A DNA stretch of 64,000 bases. Origin: Podarcis bocagei (taxonomy: Eukaryota). A program made the position numbers and the translations under genes. Numbering within the stretch: position 1 is the stretch's first letter; every line of letters begins with the position of its first letter. Location of the stretch: the NCBI GenBank assembly GCA_964188305.1, contig OZ076885.1. One strand, 5' to 3'. Positions 64,000-64,000 of the stretch are shown one piece after another. The notes under the pieces were generated by a model. It did not search any database, was not told the DNA's origin, and saw nothing but the letters and a program-made list of their open reading frames with translations.

Positions 64000-64000
64000 T

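Noticed and set aside
1-64000. CRISPR arrays, operons, intact viral genes or a nameable host gene
   Set aside because: There is no repeat-spacer periodicity, no long intact ORF and no exon peptide I recognise, so naming a host gene would be a guess.

Overview
This is vertebrate genomic DNA, AT-rich and with four assembly gaps. The repeat inventory (Sauria SINE, tRNA-Lys/CR1-tail SINE, squamate L2/CR1/RTE LINEs, Penelope termini, CAGTGGTACCT Tc1/mariner MITEs) points to a squamate, probably a lacertid lizard. I recognise no intact host protein-coding exon. The only ORFs with recognisable protein homology are transposon relics: RTE ORF2, a non-LTR RT core, L2 ORF2, a hAT-Charlie transposase remnant and a probable DIRS ORF1. 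The window looks like intronic or regulatory sequence of a large gene that I cannot name. A roughly 12 kb nearly transposon-free block (32.5-44.7 kb) holds several minus-strand splice donors, one preceded by a TATA box, which suggests an array of alternative first or 5'UTR exons. Several homeobox/PBX-MEIS/CRE-rich blocks look like conserved enhancers. The most specific RNA-level signal is a set of minimal hammerhead-ribozyme cores in Penelope-derived fragments. I found no evidence for a novel multi-gene system. All family assignments come from recalled motifs, not database searches.
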